DNA from: Camelus dromedarius
Lineage: Eukaryota
Reading direction: 5' to 3'
NCBI RefSeq assembly: GCF_036321535.1
Contig: NC_087437.1
Coordinates: forward strand, 13,952,001 to 14,016,000
DNA: 64,000 bases
Shown here in pieces: positions 63,976 to 64,000 of this stretch. The first letter of the stretch is position 1; each line of letters begins with the position of its first letter. The notes under the pieces are model-generated. The model was not told the DNA's origin. It worked only from the letters and a program-made list of their open reading frames with translations, and did no database searches. The translations under genes and the position numbers were made by a program.

Positions 63976-64000
63976 ACTCAAAGCACCACAAGGCTGTTGG

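Noticed and set aside
1..64000. CRISPR arrays, rRNA, prokaryotic-type systems
   Set aside because: None seen; the window is intron-rich mammalian DNA.

Overview
Mammalian genomic DNA, probably camelid judging by tRNA-derived Vic-1-like SINEs. Positions 613-38143 (+) carry the last 26 coding exons of DNAJC13/RME-8. All introns are GT-AG, phases join without a stop, and the exons give 1102 codons plus stop, including the J domain HPD motif. The 3' UTR ends near AATAAA at 38869. The remaining ~25 kb is repeat-rich intergenic DNA: MIR, L2, old L1M fragments, two MLT1-type LTRs, an ERV1-type solo LTR with a 4-bp target-site duplication (TSD), two inverted MER33/Charlie copies and a near-full-length decayed L1 (~54750-60980, minus). 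The most interesting unexplained signals are (1) an orphan CpG-island promoter at ~52.15-52.52 kb with a duplicated CRE/GC-box module; (2) a possible minus-strand spliced transcript from it, whose terminal exon regains a 75-codon open frame with adjacent AATAAA once the solo LTR is removed; (3) two candidate alternative exons in the last DNAJC13 intron that would replace or delete the C-terminal tail; and (4) two L1 copies sharing a swapped 3' end. Repeat family names are by-eye recognition, repeat boundaries are approximate, and no database searches were run.
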